39,588 nucleotides of DNA from a virus (Duplodnaviria; Caudoviricetes), in IMG/VR virus record IMGVR_UViG_3300020591_000140, positions 1-39,588 of that record; one strand, given 5' to 3'. The notes under the pieces were generated by a model that saw nothing but the letters and a program-made list of their open reading frames with translations, was not told the origin of the DNA and did not search any database. Positions within the stretch are counted from its first letter, which is position 1; every line of letters begins with the position of its first letter. Below, one piece after another: positions 1 to 7,778 of this stretch. Position numbers and translations under genes: made by a program.

Positions 1-50
1 CTAGATTGTGGATCTAGAGGTCTCCCGTTCGATCCGGGAAGGCGGTACCA
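1..50 (+). tRNA. 3' part of tRNA-His(GUG); probable attachment site (5' part outside window)
   Basis: CTAGA-TT-GTG-GA-TCTAG anticodon arm, TCCCG-TTCGATC-CGGGA T arm, AGGCGGT-A-CCA end; cannot tell if it is the intact gene or the duplicated att fragment. Confidence 0.9.
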
Positions 51-1596
51 TCGATACAGCGCCCTTGTTCGTGGCGCGTTCTGATTCGAGCATCACCGCC
101 AAATCGCCCTCGATCACCAGCTCGGCCGGGCCGCTGGCCTGGGGGTTGAACACGATGCGCTGGATAAGTCGCCGCACCGCTTCAACGGCTGCGCTACCGG
201 CGGCGTCCCCCTTTGCCAACGCGGCTTGGATGCCTTCCACCTTGGCCCGGTAGGCTGCGCTGGCCCTAGGGTGCAGTTCCAGCACGTCATCGGGCATGGC
301 CACCGGAGCGGCTGCAACGATGGCTTCCCGATCGGCTTCCAGCTCTTTCAGCCTTCGGACCAGTGGCGTGACTTCGCCCTCGTCGTCCTCGATCGCGGCG
401 ACAATCTTGCTGATCTTCCGCTCGACGTCCCTTAGGTCTATGGCGTGCTGGCGGGCTGCATTTCGCCGCTGAGCGGCAGTCTCGCTCCGGCGGACTCGAT
501 AGGCCTCGACCGCGACGGCGACCGCCTCCGGCGAAAGCAGGCGCTTCTGCAGCGCTACCAAAACGCGCTGTTCAACCTCGCCAACCTTGATGGTGCGCCT
601 GTTGTCGCAGGTGCCCTTGTTCGTTCGCGTGGAGCAGGCCAGCGCATCGTACCGAGCAATGGCCATGGTGCCGTGGCAATGGCCGCAGAAGACGAGCCCG
701 GACAGAACGTGGCGCGGACGGCGACGGTGCGTCAGCCGCTTCTGCGATGACGTCGCGCGGTGTGCCTGTGCAACATCGAACGTCGCCCGATCGATGATCG
801 CCAACTCCGGCGTTTCTCGCACGAGCCATTCGGCCTTCGGCACGAGCCTCTTCTGCTGGCGGCCCGTCTCCGGATCCTTCACGTTGCGCTGACGGCCATA
901 GAGGCATTCGCCGATATAGAGGCGATTGCAGAGGATGCCATTGGCGCGCGCGCGGGAGCCGTTCAAGGTCGAGGCGTTCCATTGCCCGCCGCGTGGGCTG
1001 GGAATTCCTTCTCGGTTCAAATCGGTGACGATGGCGCGGGGCGAGCGCCCATCAACGTATTCGCGGAATATCCGATTCACGATCAATGCTTCGGCCGGCT
1101 CGATGATCAGGGCGCCAGGCTCATGCGGGTCTGGTCGATATCCATACGTCCGCCCACCGGTCGACCGGCCGGCCTTGTGGCGACCGACGAGCCCTCGACG
1201 CGTCTTCTGGGCCAAGTCGTCCAGGAACATGCTGGCAAACAGGCTGCGCATGCCGACGTGCAGCTTCCCGACTTTGCCATCGGTGAGCGTGACGAGGCTC
1301 ACGTTCCAGTGCCCGAGCCGTTTGTAGATGCCGGCGCTGTCCTCCTGGTCGCGCGATATGCGGTCCATGGATTCCGTCAAAACGATATCGAACTGGCCGT
1401 CCTTCGCTGCGGCGAGCAGGTTCAGCATTTGAGGGCGGTTGATGATCGATGCCCCGGAGATCGCCGCGTCATGAAACTCGGCAACGATGCGCCAGCCCTC
1501 GCGCTGGGCGCGTTCTCTGCACAAGTCGATCTGGTCGGCTATCGACCGCTCGTCTTGGAGGTCCGAGCTGTAACGGGCGTAGATGGCGCAACGCAT
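1..1596 (-). CDS. Large serine recombinase (phage integrase)
   Basis: N-terminal YARYSS catalytic Ser motif, DRISR, recombinase domain (YGY...W..STL), Zn ribbon LSGLVFCGHC...C...C, coiled coil. Confidence 0.95.
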   Translation of the reverse strand: MRCAIYARYSSDLQDERSIADQIDLCRERAQREGWRIVAEFHDAAISGASIINRPQMLNLLAAAKDGQFDIVLTESMDRISRDQEDSAGIYKRLGHWNVSLVTLTDGKVGKLHVGMRSLFASMFLDDLAQKTRRGLVGRHKAGRSTGGRTYGYRPDPHEPGALIIEPAEALIVNRIFREYVDGRSPRAIVTDLNREGIPSPRGGQWNASTLNGSRARANGILCNRLYIGECLYGRQRNVKDPETGRQQKRLVPKAEWLVRETPELAIIDRATFDVAQAHRATSSQKRLTHRRRPRHVLSGLVFCGHCHGTMAIARYDALACSTRTNKGTCDNRRTIKVGEVEQRVLVALQKRLLSPEAVAVAVEAYRVRRSETAAQRRNAARQHAIDLRDVERKISKIVAAIEDDEGEVTPLVRRLKELEADREAIVAAAPVAMPDDVLELHPRASAAYRAKVEGIQAALAKGDAAGSAAVEAVRRLIQRIVFNPQASGPAELVIEGDLAVMLESERATNKGAVSMVPPSRIERETSRSTI

Positions 1597-1739
1597 TTGG
1601 AGTACCGACCATTGGGTAGTAACTGCTGCTCGGCGGCATCATCCTCGTCGGCCGCCTGGCGCGCAAGCGCCCGCGCGATGACGAGGACTATCTCGTTGAC
1701 ATCGCTCTGGAGTTCAGTTGTGCGCCGGGCGACGCGCAT
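1539..1739 (-). CDS. Small hypothetical protein overlapping the integrase start (66 aa)
   Basis: ATG at 1739 in a TGATG overlap with the upstream ORF; helical IARALARQAA segment. Confidence 0.55.
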   Translation of the reverse strand: MRVARRTTELQSDVNEIVLVIARALARQAADEDDAAEQQLLPNGRYSKCVAPSTPVTARTSKTSGR

Positions 1740-1906
1740 CACGCCTCCAGCCGGTGTGGCCGGCGTGCCGCCGCTGGGGGACGCCGGCATGGCCGGAGCA
1801 GGCTGGAGACCTCCCATTCGGAGACGCCGACCATTGCCGCCGTCTCCTTGATGCTCGCGCGCTGGGCAAGCAGCGCCATGCAGTCGGCTTCGTCCTCGCG
1901 CGTCAT
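1739..1906 (-). CDS. 55-aa HTH protein, candidate excisionase/RDF (missing from ORF track)
   Basis: Translated by hand: MTREDEADCMALLAQRASIKETAAMVGVSEWEVSSLLRP...; coupled at both ends (ATGA, TGATG); HTH-like SIKETAAMVGVSEWEV. Confidence 0.6.
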   Translation of the reverse strand: MTREDEADCMALLAQRASIKETAAMVGVSEWEVSSLLRPCRRPPAAARRPHRLEA

Positions 1907-2130
1907 GCCATCACCTGTTGCTTGTGGGCGCCTTCTTCAGCGGTGAGCGGCCGGCTGGCGGCGACCGTGACGTCGCCGCTGCCCGCGCCGCACATCGGGC
2001 AGTGCGCCTGCTTGCACGAGGCGGCCACCTCGGCGAGCGGCATGGGCAGGGCGACGAGGTCGAATTCCCAGGCGCAGCGTTTGCAACGGCCGCGCATCAT
2101 TGTCGTGGGAGCTAGCTTGACGGTTGTCAT
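1903..2130 (-). CDS. Small zinc-ribbon protein
   Basis: CKRC and CPMC pairs; ATGA overlap with the upstream gene. Confidence 0.65.
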   Translation of the reverse strand: MTTVKLAPTTMMRGRCKRCAWEFDLVALPMPLAEVAASCKQAHCPMCGAGSGDVTVAASRPLTAEEGAHKQQVMA

Positions 2131-3263
2131 GCTTCGACCGCCTCCCGCGAGCGCTGGGTGGCCGCTATGGGGCGGACACTGGCATCGGGCATGCCGTTGT
2201 GCTCGACGCCATCCAGGAGGCGACCTGCGCGCTTCTTGCCGACGCGGACCATCCAGGCTCCACCATGCTTGCGCCAATCGATGTCGGGCATGTCGTCGAT
2301 ATTGTTTGTGCTGGCACCGAGCTTCGATCCGTCAGGTGCAAGCACGATGTTCGCCGCGTTACCTGCGAAACCGTCAGAGAAGTCACCCCAGGCACCCCAC
2401 TGCTTAAAAAGGAATGCAACGCCGGCGGCGGCGCACTGGTCGCGGATCGATCGCGCCCAGTCGGGATGCATGGGGCGGGCGCCGCGACCAGACTCGCCGC
2501 CGGTGATGATCCAGTCGATGGCGCCAGGACGGCAGCTCAGCCCGTGATCGAGATAACGCCGGAGATCTGTTTGAAGATCGATCGGCCCAAGCAGCGGCTC
2601 GGCGCTGACAAACCGCACCGCCGCCGGCGTCGCCAGTAGATCTGGAATGCGCGCATCGGCCTCTTGCTGCCGCTCGGCCGAGACGCCGAGCCAGACGTTG
2701 GGGAGGGGCCACGCGTGTGTGCCGCTTTCCAGGTTCCCAGCGGTCGCCCAGGCGTTCCAGCCGACAATGTCGTCTGCCGTCATGATCCTGCGCTTCGCCG
2801 AGTGGGGCTTGCTGTCGTAGGCACGGCCAATGGCGCGGACGGCATCGGTGAGCCGGTCGCGCGTTGTTGGGTCGGTCATATAGGCCAGCATCCGCGCCGA
2901 GCGCTTCGTCAGCACCTGGAATGTGTGCTGAGGGCAGAGCGCCATCACGGCGAAGACGCGGTCGATCCATTCATCCGGCACGGATTCGTGAAACAGGTCG
3001 CCGTGCGCGCACACGAAGATCATGCGCGGGCGCTTCCACTTCAGCGGCTCGAGGAGGGCCTTCTCATTGAAGCGGACTTCGCCCGTCCACACCGGCCCGG
3101 CCTTCGACGGCTTGGTGAGGCCGATGCGGCTGGGGTGGTTCTTCAGCCGCGTGCCGGCAAGCCTCATCGCGTAGCAGTTGGTGCAGCCGGGCGAGACGAT
3201 CGTACAGCCGGTGACCGGGTTCCACGTCGCGTCGGTCCATTCGATGGTGGAGTGCTCAGCCAT
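2127..3263 (-). CDS. DUF5131 / phage Gp37Gp68 family protein
   Basis: IEWTDATWNPVTGCTIVSPGCTNCYA, DLFHE, HTFQVLTKR, NVWLGVS, SAEPLLG, WIITGGESG, FKQWG; GGAGG RBS before ATG 3263. Confidence 0.92.
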   Translation of the reverse strand: MAEHSTIEWTDATWNPVTGCTIVSPGCTNCYAMRLAGTRLKNHPSRIGLTKPSKAGPVWTGEVRFNEKALLEPLKWKRPRMIFVCAHGDLFHESVPDEWIDRVFAVMALCPQHTFQVLTKRSARMLAYMTDPTTRDRLTDAVRAIGRAYDSKPHSAKRRIMTADDIVGWNAWATAGNLESGTHAWPLPNVWLGVSAERQQEADARIPDLLATPAAVRFVSAEPLLGPIDLQTDLRRYLDHGLSCRPGAIDWIITGGESGRGARPMHPDWARSIRDQCAAAGVAFLFKQWGAWGDFSDGFAGNAANIVLAPDGSKLGASTNNIDDMPDIDWRKHGGAWMVRVGKKRAGRLLDGVEHNGMPDASVRPIAATQRSREAVEA

Positions 3264-3591
3264 GATCGCCTCCGTTAGAGGTGGGAGGGACGGGCAACGG
3301 CAGCCAATGCGTGTACTGGCGATTGCAGGGCGTGAACCGGTGAGGAACTTCCATCCACGATCCACCTTCAAGGCCTGGGATGTGGAACCAGTAGACAATG
3401 ACCGGCTCTTCGTGCCGCTTGTTGCGCTCGATAATCCGCTCATCCTCGTCGTAACAGTCCATGAAAGTGACGGCCCACGCGACGAAGGGCTTGCCGTCCC
3501 GCGGCGCCGTATCGAAGGACACCCAGTCGTGCTCCGCGCCCTGCCCCTGAGTGCTCATGCCTGATCGCCTCCGTTAGAGGTGGGAGGGGCG
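3250..3591. repeat. 43-bp direct repeat (3250-3292 and 3549-3591), 39/43 identical
   Basis: Identical core TGATCGCCTCCGTTAGAGGTGGGAGGG at 3263-3289 and 3562-3588. Confidence 0.92.
3256..3558 (-). CDS. DUF551-like small phage protein
   Basis: WVSFDTAPRDG near the N-terminus and YTHWLPLPVPP near the C-terminus. Confidence 0.7.
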   Translation of the reverse strand: MSTQGQGAEHDWVSFDTAPRDGKPFVAWAVTFMDCYDEDERIIERNKRHEEPVIVYWFHIPGLEGGSWMEVPHRFTPCNRQYTHWLPLPVPPTSNGGDHG

Positions 3592-3794
3592 AGTTCGATG
3601 CGGCGGATCACGTCGTGGAGCACTGTCGCGAGTGTCTTCTGTTCGTCGCCTGCGCGGCCGCCGATCTTGCTCGCCAGGGCATGGCTCACGAGCGAGAGCT
3701 TCTTGAGCGCCGTGAGTTCCAGTCCGTTGATCTCGATCGTCACGTGATAGGTGTCGATCCAGCTGCGCGGCTGCGCGGTCTGTCCCCGTGTCAT
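3555..3794 (-). CDS. Hypothetical phage protein
   Basis: ATGA-coupled in the leftward operon. Confidence 0.7.
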   Translation of the reverse strand: MTRGQTAQPRSWIDTYHVTIEINGLELTALKKLSLVSHALASKIGGRAGDEQKTLATVLHDVIRRIELAPPTSNGGDQA

Positions 3795-4219
3795 GGCTGA
3801 TCCTCAGCAATAACGACGCGCTCCGGGCGGCAGCAAGCCCAGAACTCCTCTCGGTATTGTTCGACATCGAGCCCGCTGGCCTCGGCATAGGCTTCGGTGA
3901 GCGCTTCGAAGGATGCGGTGCCATAGCCAAGCAGATACGCTTTGCGCCCATCCGCCTGGATGGCGTTGAGCACCTTCCTGATTGCGAGAACGGCCTTGCT
4001 CAATTGGGGGTCGGCTTCATGGGGTGTTCTCCCCAAAACCGGTTGCCAGTCGCTTGGGATCGACGCACCTAGGAAGTCCTGGCCGTCACGAAGGATGCCA
4101 CGCGCGCGGAGATAGACCGCGATGGCTTCCTCGTAGCGTAGCGTCGTGACCGAGTTTGCTCGGCTGATCAGGCTCATCGCTTCGTCGTGTGTTTTGAACC
4201 GTGACTCTGTCTCAGACAT
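3791..4219 (-). CDS. Hypothetical phage protein
   Basis: Start MSETES at 4219 after AAGGAGG RBS; coupled operon. Confidence 0.7.
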   Translation of the reverse strand: MSETESRFKTHDEAMSLISRANSVTTLRYEEAIAVYLRARGILRDGQDFLGASIPSDWQPVLGRTPHEADPQLSKAVLAIRKVLNAIQADGRKAYLLGYGTASFEALTEAYAEASGLDVEQYREEFWACCRPERVVIAEDQP

Positions 4220-4808
4220 CGGCGCCGTCCTCCTTGTTTGAACGTGAGGAACTGGTGGAAGCGGCTCTGCGCAGGGCCGCGATCGCCTCATGCAGCAGGC
4301 GCTGGGCCGGCGAGATGCGCAGCAGCGCCGCCTCGAGATCAGCGACAACGGCGGGCTCATCGCCGACTTGCCATGCGAGGGCGCGTGCGATGTGCCCGGC
4401 TATGTCGACTATCGCGCCGTGTGCCGTCGCTACCTGGTGGCGCGCGCTCAGAACATCGGCGCGGTTTGGTTCATCCACGTATCCTGGCGCCACCAGCACA
4501 CGCGGCGCGCGCTTCATCGCAGACTCGAATGCTTCCATCAGCGCGGGGTGCCCTGTCTTGATGACCGCGGTTGCGGCATCCCGCTCCACCATCGCTTGCT
4601 TGAGATACACGGCGAGATCGAGCGCCTCGGCGTAGGCGTCGGCCAGCGCGTCGCGGCCGTTGTGTGCCTGCAGCGGCGTGCCGTATCGGGCGCGGCCTAC
4701 CTGGTCGCGCTCGCGCATGTCGGCGATGACGAGTTCCCAGATGGGCGCCGAACTGTTCGGCACCGGCGGCGGCTGGTCGATCGAGGATGTGGTGTCTGCT
4801 TTCGTCAT
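4212..4808 (-). CDS. Phage protein with MazG/all-alpha NTP pyrophosphohydrolase-like N-terminal part
   Basis: ERDQVGRARYGTPLQAHNGRDALADAYAEALDLAVYLKQ (acidic ExxD helix); start MTKAD at 4808. Confidence 0.6.
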   Translation of the reverse strand: MTKADTTSSIDQPPPVPNSSAPIWELVIADMRERDQVGRARYGTPLQAHNGRDALADAYAEALDLAVYLKQAMVERDAATAVIKTGHPALMEAFESAMKRAPRVLVAPGYVDEPNRADVLSARHQVATAHGAIVDIAGHIARALAWQVGDEPAVVADLEAALLRISPAQRLLHEAIAALRRAASTSSSRSNKEDGADV

Positions 4809-5011
4809 CGGATCAACCCCCGGTCGCGCGCCAGCCATTCCGGCATGCTGATCTCGCCGGCGCCGTCGATGCTCACCTGCCCTGCCGGCAGCACGACGCG
4901 CCGCGCCGCTGCGCACTTCGTGCGGATGACGAGCGCGTGGCCGTTGATGCTGAGGATCTCGCACGCGATGCCGGTGCGCTCGGCGGTGATGTCGAATGCA
5001 GGCAAGCTCAT
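4805..5011 (-). CDS. Small conserved-type phage protein
   Basis: VLPAGQV...MPEWLARDRGL motif; ATGA coupling. Confidence 0.7.
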   Translation of the reverse strand: MSLPAFDITAERTGIACEILSINGHALVIRTKCAAARRVVLPAGQVSIDGAGEISMPEWLARDRGLIR

Positions 5012-5517
5012 GCGCGGATCCTCACCACTTTCGGCGCGCCGCTGCCGAACGGTTCGGCGGCAGGCACGAGCTCTCCGTCGACATGCGCGAACAGCACGTA
5101 GCCGGGCCCGTCTGCGATCACGATGTCGAGGAGCTCCGGTGCGATGCGCGCCACCTGAAAACCGCAGATGGTTTGCGTGAGCACCGGGTCGCGCGGCGGC
5201 AGCTTGTCCTCGAAGAAGCCTTTCGCCTCATAGAAGGCTTGGCGCGGCGTATCGCCGGCGCCCCAGATGCCGCTGGCGTCGAAGACGGCCCACTTGCGCG
5301 CGCTGGGTGACACGAGCTGATGCGTGGAGCATCCCGGCAAAGGTTGCTCGAGTTGAGATCCGGCGCTTGCGCCGGGCGCCTTTGGCGCCTGAGCGGCTGC
5401 GCCGCTATCTGAGCCGGGGACGATTAGAGCGCTGCCGGGACCGGTTGAGGACTGAGCACCTTCGGTGCTGGGAGCGAGAGAGGCGGTGGCCGCGCGCGTG
5501 TCGTCAGATGGCTGCAT
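5008..5517 (-). CDS. Hypothetical protein with low-complexity N-terminus
   Basis: Start MQPSDD at 5517 after GAGG; globular-looking C-terminal half. Confidence 0.55.
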   Translation of the reverse strand: MQPSDDTRAATASLAPSTEGAQSSTGPGSALIVPGSDSGAAAQAPKAPGASAGSQLEQPLPGCSTHQLVSPSARKWAVFDASGIWGAGDTPRQAFYEAKGFFEDKLPPRDPVLTQTICGFQVARIAPELLDIVIADGPGYVLFAHVDGELVPAAEPFGSGAPKVVRIRA

Positions 5518-5935
5518 GACGCGCCTCCGCGGTTGCAGGCTGGCGCTGGGCGCGCTGGGCGTCGAGCAGCTGGAAGCGGCACCGCGCGCGCTTGCGCGAC
5601 GGCTCGTCGATCGCGCCGGCGTTGTTGCCGTCGAGGTCATGGCGGTGGCAGCCGAGAACGATGCGCCGCAGATAGACCCGCGTGGACGTGTAGCGGCCGA
5701 GCCAATCACGCAGCCGCTGCGCGTCGGCCGCCGGGTAGCGCGCGAGAATGTCGAAATAGATGCCCACTTTCAGAGCGCGCGGGCGGGTGCCGTAGAACAC
5801 CTCCGGCAGCGCGAGTGGATCACACCGGAGGATAGATGCCAGCTCAATGCGCGCAGCGTGCATGGTGAGCTGGTGCTCGGATGTGCCGCCCGCTGCAACG
5901 CGCCTTGGACGGTGCCGTATAGTTGTGGTCGTCAT
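5504..5935 (-). CDS. ProQ/FinO-domain RNA chaperone
   Basis: PRALKVGIYFDI...LGRYTSTRVYL...RHDLDGN matches the FinO/ProQ consensus PLKIGI..YT....YL..R.DLDG. Confidence 0.88.
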   Translation of the reverse strand: MTTTTIRHRPRRVAAGGTSEHQLTMHAARIELASILRCDPLALPEVFYGTRPRALKVGIYFDILARYPAADAQRLRDWLGRYTSTRVYLRRIVLGCHRHDLDGNNAGAIDEPSRKRARCRFQLLDAQRAQRQPATAEARHAAI

Positions 5936-6007
5936 GGTGCCCCCTTATCCGCGGGGTGCGGGCGGCGACGCGGAGGAATGCGCCGCCCCCACACCCCGCA
6001 ACGCCCC

Positions 6008-6331
6008 TCAGCCCCCGCTGCGGGACCGCCCAGCGGCACGCGCCGCTGTATCTCCAGCGCGTTTGCGCTCGATGTCTTCGAGTTTGGTCAATGCGATGAT
6101 GCCGCGCTGCTGCGCGGCGTTCGTCTGCTCACGCTCGCGCCATGGCAGGCGCGCGCCTTGGCCGTGAAGCTTGGCGATGCGCAGCAGATCCTCGAGTGCG
6201 CCGCGCAGATCATCGCGCAGTTTCCAGAGATCGTACTGGGCGTCGGTTTCACGTCCCTCCGGCGTGGCGGAATACGCTGCCATCGCGCGCGCCATCTCGT
6301 CGCCGGACGTGTCTCTTGATACGCCCGTCAT
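6008..6331 (-). CDS. Hypothetical phage protein
   Basis: ATGA-coupled helical ORF in the leftward operon. Confidence 0.6.
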   Translation of the reverse strand: MTGVSRDTSGDEMARAMAAYSATPEGRETDAQYDLWKLRDDLRGALEDLLRIAKLHGQGARLPWREREQTNAAQQRGIIALTKLEDIERKRAGDTAARAAGRSRSGG

Positions 6332-6663
6332 TGCGCTCGGCCGCTTGCGCTTGCGTCTTTAGCGGCCTGTATGCGCTGGGCGCATTCTTCGACGGAGGAA
6401 GGGCCGCCGACAGCGCCGAGCGCTCTGAGGACAACGTGGAGGTCTGCCGCGTGTGCGATTTCGCACAACATCTGTCTGGCACTAGGTTCGGAAAGATCCG
6501 CAGCATGCACCGACACGTGATGCATCTGCTCGAACTCTTTGGCCGCTAACAGTATTCGATAAGCAGTGTTCGCGCAGATTAACTCTGACGATGGATAGAC
6601 CGGCGGTCTCTCACCGGTGCGTGGCTCGACCTCGAAGATAAATGCTAGCTTCACTTGCGACAT
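6328..6663 (-). CDS. Hypothetical protein, first gene of the leftward operon
   Basis: Likely start MSQVKL at 6663 after GGGGTG; lies just downstream of the left operator region. Confidence 0.55.
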   Translation of the reverse strand: MSQVKLAFIFEVEPRTGERPPVYPSSELICANTAYRILLAAKEFEQMHHVSVHAADLSEPSARQMLCEIAHAADLHVVLRALGAVGGPSSVEECAQRIQAAKDASASGRAQ

Positions 6664-6711
6664 CGCCAATACACCCCAAACGAAAATGTCCCACAACACC
6701 ATGTAGGACAT

Positions 6712-6773
6712 ATCCAACGTTCGGGCAATATATTTGTTGGATGCTACGGCGCAGCATCCAACGGCGCTGTCAA
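6712..6773 (-). promoter_or_regulatory. Left operator/promoter (OL/PL-like)
   Basis: ATCCAAC 6712-6718; perfect IR GTTGGATGCT-N7-AGCATCCAAC 6736-6762; TTGACA on the minus strand at 6773-6768. Confidence 0.7.
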
Positions 6774-6797
6774 TTTGCGCAGTGGATTAATGGGCGA

Positions 6798-7415
6798 TCA
6801 AGCGCGCGGTGACCCCAATGCGGCGTGCATAGACTCAATAACTCCCACGATCTGCGCGTCGTCTCTCTCGATATCCAGGGAGGGCAAGTTCATCTTCGAT
6901 GAGTTGGTGATCAATAAGCGCGGCGGCACGAACTGCCTTAGCAATCGCACTGCGCGGTCTGGTTCGCCGGGTGGATGATAGGCAACTTGCACGGGTTGCA
7001 GCGGGCGCAGTGCATCCACCGCAACTTGCGAGTCATCGACTACCAGCACGTGGCCGCGTCGGATGCCGATGTTGTCGCAAACGTCCGTTTCGACGGTCCA
7101 TAAATAGCGATTTTGGCCAGTTAGCGCCGCAAATGGGTCATCCGCCTGCGCCTCGTACAGTGTCATGTCGCTTTCGGCGAACCCCTTTGGCGCGTGTTCA
7201 CGACCCGCGCCGAGGTGCGTCGGGTCCGCCTTAAGAATGTCCGCGAGTTTGAAGCGTTCCTCAAGGGGCAGATGCTTTTGCTTCCCGGCCAGGAACTCAT
7301 GCAAATACCCGCGATGTCGCCCGAGCTGTGTTGAAACACTCGACTCGCTGAAACGCATTTCGCGCAGCCGTTCCCGGATGAAGCGGCGCAGTTCGTCCTG
7401 TTGGTCTTCTCGCAT
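6798..7415 (-). CDS. CI-like phage repressor (HTH plus degenerate S24-like domain)
   Basis: N-terminal HTH (SESSVSTQLGRHRGYLHEFLAGK), GFAE linker, GIRRGHVLVVD...IVGVI; divergent from a cro-like gene. Confidence 0.8.
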   Translation of the reverse strand: MREDQQDELRRFIRERLREMRFSESSVSTQLGRHRGYLHEFLAGKQKHLPLEERFKLADILKADPTHLGAGREHAPKGFAESDMTLYEAQADDPFAALTGQNRYLWTVETDVCDNIGIRRGHVLVVDDSQVAVDALRPLQPVQVAYHPPGEPDRAVRLLRQFVPPRLLITNSSKMNLPSLDIERDDAQIVGVIESMHAALGSPRA

Positions 7416-7444
7416 GGGCGTCAACTTATCCTGCACTCCCGCGT

Positions 7445-7508
7445 GCAGCATCCAACATAATTGCCTCCAAATCGTGATGCCCTCTTGACGGCGTTGGATG
7501 AATCCAAC
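7445..7508 (+). promoter_or_regulatory. Right operator/promoter (OR/PR-like)
   Basis: GCAGCATCCAAC 7445-7456 identical to 6751-6762; TTGACG 7485-7490 followed by palindrome GTTGGAT-GA-ATCCAAC 7493-7508. Confidence 0.72.
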
Positions 7509-7520
7509 ATTGATGTGGGC

Positions 7521-7778
7521 ATGGAGACGGTCGAGCAATTCAGGACCCGGGTCGAGGCGTTCCTACAGAGCACCGGAATGGCCAAGTCGAAGCTCGGCCG
7601 CCTGTCGTGCAACGACCCCCGCTTCATCGACGACATGCGCGCCGGGATGGAATTCCGATCGGCAAAGGTCGGACGTGTCGAGGCGTTCATGCGCGGATAC
7701 GAGGCCTGCCGTGCCGACGCGAAGACGCCGGCGAATGAAGTGCGTGAAGTGACGGTAGCGGGAGAGGAACGATGCTGA
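7521..7778 (+). CDS. Cro-like HTH regulator
   Basis: VEAFLQSTGMAKSKLGRLSCNDPRFIDDMRAG, typical small alphaproteobacterial phage HTH; divergent from the repressor. Confidence 0.82.
   Translation: METVEQFRTRVEAFLQSTGMAKSKLGRLSCNDPRFIDDMRAGMEFRSAKVGRVEAFMRGYEACRADAKTPANEVREVTVAGEERC

Noticed and set aside
760-1851. 363-aa plus-strand ORF
   Set aside because: Antisense shadow of the integrase; no motifs; expected in high-GC DNA
3264-3443. N-terminal extension of the DUF5131 ORF in the ORF track
   Set aside because: Overlaps the DUF551-like gene; the family start MAEHSTIEW at 3263 has its own RBS
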